This document shows positions 62,209 through 64,000 of a stretch of 64,000 nt of DNA, one piece after another. Position 1 is the first letter of the stretch, and every line of letters starts with the position of its first letter. Origin of the DNA: an uncultured Candidatus Cloacimonadota bacterium (GTDB taxonomy: Bacteria; Cloacimonadota; Cloacimonadia; Cloacimonadales; JAJBBL01); assembly GCA_964464175.1 (NCBI GenBank), contig CAYXFD010000004.1, positions 73,892 through 137,891 of the forward strand, in the 5' to 3' direction. The notes beneath the pieces are model-generated. The model did not search any database. It had not been told where the DNA came from and saw only the letters and a program-made list of their open reading frames with translations. The translations under genes were made by a program, and so were the position numbers.

Positions 62209-64000
62209 ATGAAACGAGTATTTATATTATTAATGGTTCTCCTGCTTTCTTCTTCAATTTTTGCCGATACTAATCAGCACCGTAGTCTTATTGATGCAGC
62301 TCAATCTTATGAAGTAGGCAACTATGAGCAGGCATTGAATACCATGAACAGAATCGAATCTGTTTATCATGGAACTCCGGAATATGCCTTGTTGATGGGT
62401 AAGATTCTGCTGGAACTTGGTGACTATATGAATGCCTATAATTGGCTCACCGAATATGCTGTGAGTTATATGGGCAAAGAAGATATAGTCAGTGAAGAGT
62501 TACTGCAGAAGATCTATGAAGCGGGATTGTATCAGGAGATATCCCCGGTAGCTGTTTCTTTGGGAAGACTTGCCGGCAACATCAACAGTATAGGTTCAGA
62601 GTATGCACCGGTTTTAGCCGATGAAGGCAGAACCATTATCTTCGGATCTAACAGGCGGAGTATTTTTGACAGAGAGAATATATTTATTTCAGAATTTATA
62701 AACCAGAGATGGACAGATCCGATTGAGATAAAAGAGCTTTGTACTGACCGTAATGAAACTGTTGGATCGATTTCCAAAGACGGCACAACTCTCTATATTT
62801 CCGGTCAGTATGATAGAAGAGAAAGAACATCCAATATCTACAAATCGAATCTCAGATACGGATACTGGGAAAAACCGGAGATGATAGCGTCAGTCTCCAG
62901 CAGGTTTCACGATATTCAACCTTTTGTATATAACGAACAGGCTATGTTCTTTACCAGTAATCGGCTTGGTAATAACCGGAATTATGACATTTTTGTCTCT
63001 GAAAAGATCGGAGGCATGTGGCAAACACCTGTAAGTATCGGTGAAGTTATCAATACCGGCTATGATGAACAAACACCCTTTTTAAGTCCTGATGGACAGA
63101 CTCTTTATTTTTCCTCTAATGGTCATCCCGGTTATGGTGGTTTTGATATTTTCAAAGCAGAGAGAAAAGATGATACCTGGACTAACTGGACTAAACCGGA
63201 GAATCTAGGACCTATCATAAACTCCAATAGAGATGATCGTTATTTTTTCATTTCACCGGATGATAGATACGCCTACATGTCTTCCAGTCGTTTTGACGGA
63301 ATTGGCCAAGAAGACATCTATTACATTGATTTGCTCAAACTTAGAGAAATGGAGCAGATGATTGCCGATATGATGCTCAAGGATATTGTTGAAGAATATG
63401 ATATCGAAGTAAACGGTATTGTTGTTGATGAAGTCAATAATCCCGTCTCAACTGAGATCAAGTGGACTTATATCCACGAGGATACGATCAATAATATTGA
63501 GATAATAAGTGCTGAAGACGGTACTTTCAATCTCAGTGTTCCTTATATTGAGCGGCTGAAATATCATGTCGAAGCTCCTGGTTATGCAGTTCGGGAAGAG
63601 ATATTAGTCGTACCTTCTCACACAGCTGCCTTTAATGTTACAATTCGTTTGGTCAGTCTCGAAAATGAGATGAAGATCTCAGGTATAGTTACAGACACAG
63701 AAGAGCAGGGATTGAGGGCAATGTTGACCTGGTCTTACACTTTGTTGGATGAGGTTATAGATTATCATGTTATCTCTAACCACGATGGTCACTACAGTAT
63801 TTCTCTTCCCTTGATGTCTCAGATCAACTATCGTGTCGAGAAGAATAACTATTTGCCGATATCGGGTACAATGGTAGTTCCTGAAGATGAATCTTCATTA
63901 ACGAGGGACTTCACAATGCTGAGATTGGCTGCTGATGAAATATTCACTATCGATAATATTCTGTTTGAATTTGCCAAAGCTGATCTGCTTCCAGAGTCTT
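62209..64000 (+). CDS. PorE-like outer-membrane-associated protein: signal peptide, TPR-like region, PD40/TolB-like beta-propeller repeats, two carboxypeptidase-regulatory-like domains, start of an OmpA_C domain (3' end off the right edge)
   Basis: Not in the supplied track because there is no stop in the window. I checked by hand that the frame is open from ATG 62209 to nt 64000 (597 codons). MKRVFILLMVLLLSSSIFA. TPR-like YEVGNYEQALNTM...LELGDYMNAYNWL. PD40-like SEYAPVLADEGRTIIFGSNR, ISKDGTTLYISG, QPFVYNEQAMFFTSNR, EQTPFLSPDGQTLYFSSN, FISPDDRYAYMSSSR. CRD-like VNGIVVDEVNNPV.. and ISGIVTDTEEQGL... OmpA onset FTIDNILFEFAKADLLPES. Confidence 0.75.
   Translation, partial: MKRVFILLMVLLLSSSIFADTNQHRSLIDAAQSYEVGNYEQALNTMNRIESVYHGTPEYALLMGKILLELGDYMNAYNWLTEYAVSYMGKEDIVSEELLQKIYEAGLYQEISPVAVSLGRLAGNINSIGSEYAPVLADEGRTIIFGSNRRSIFDRENIFISEFINQRWTDPIEIKELCTDRNETVGSISKDGTTLYISGQYDRRERTSNIYKSNLRYGYWEKPEMIASVSSRFHDIQPFVYNEQAMFFTSNRLGNNRNYDIFVSEKIGGMWQTPVSIGEVINTGYDEQTPFLSPDGQTLYFSSNGHPGYGGFDIFKAERKDDTWTNWTKPENLGPIINSNRDDRYFFISPDDRYAYMSSSRFDGIGQEDIYYIDLLKLREMEQMIADMMLKDIVEEYDIEVNGIVVDEVNNPVSTEIKWTYIHEDTINNIEIISAEDGTFNLSVPYIERLKYHVEAPGYAVREEILVVPSHTAAFNVTIRLVSLENEMKISGIVTDTEEQGLRAMLTWSYTLLDEVIDYHVISNHDGHYSISLPLMSQINYRVEKNNYLPISGTMVVPEDESSLTRDFTMLRLAADEIFTIDNILFEFAKADLLPES

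Noticed and set aside
1-64000. Looked for CRISPR arrays, rRNA or tRNA genes, transposases or integrases, reverse transcriptases, toxin-antitoxin pairs and restriction-modification or other defence genes.
   Set aside because: I found no direct-repeat/spacer arrays and no such ORFs. The window reads as core chromosome plus surface-protein loci rather than a defence or mobile island.

Overview
AT-rich bacterial chromosomal window. I saw no rRNA, tRNA, CRISPR array, transposase or integrase.

Gene order, left to right:
- rpoC(partial)-rpsL-rpsG-fusA. This block is followed by a STAS protein plus a receiver-fused SpoIIAB-like kinase, not by tuf or S10-operon genes. prmC-murA come next.
- An orphan groES with a CIRCE-like operator and its own terminator, then hisS.
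- A Bacillus-type long (Alu-domain) SRP RNA.
- A 463-aa secreted protein with three 112-aa repeats and a T9SS-type C-terminal sorting domain.
- A CHASE2 class III nucleotide cyclase translationally coupled (TAATG) to an SH3b-M48 protease.
- A decayed FGE-sulfatase gene remnant and a lipoprotein gene.
- A long-form thyX and a deoC with a Cys-rich N-terminal extension, then rlmN-ricT.
- A ~13-kb co-directional envelope array: lolC/E-lolD-TamB-like-Gx-PBP1A-GT2-sugar nucleotidyltransferase.
- ppiD, an orphan RHH gene, mgtE-rsmA, an unknown outer-membrane beta-barrel and an LVIVD lipoprotein.

The standout is the right third of the window. About 1.4 kb of non-coding leader precedes one uninterrupted 16,974-nt ORF (5,657 aa). 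The product is acidic, built from Ig-like modules, and ends in a T9SS-type C-terminal domain. Directly downstream are a PorV/PorQ/SprF-like beta-barrel gene and a PorE-like (TPR-PD40-CRD-OmpA) gene. That last ORF is absent from the supplied track because it runs off the right edge; I translated it by hand.

A 56-nt palindromic element occurs twice, at 13331 and 42911. The two copies differ by compensatory stem changes, and one copy has a 7-bp flanking direct repeat.

Lineage is an inference only: a diderm with T9SS-type sorting signals, possibly an FCB-associated candidate phylum such as Cloacimonadota. All functional calls rest on motifs read by eye; no searches were run.
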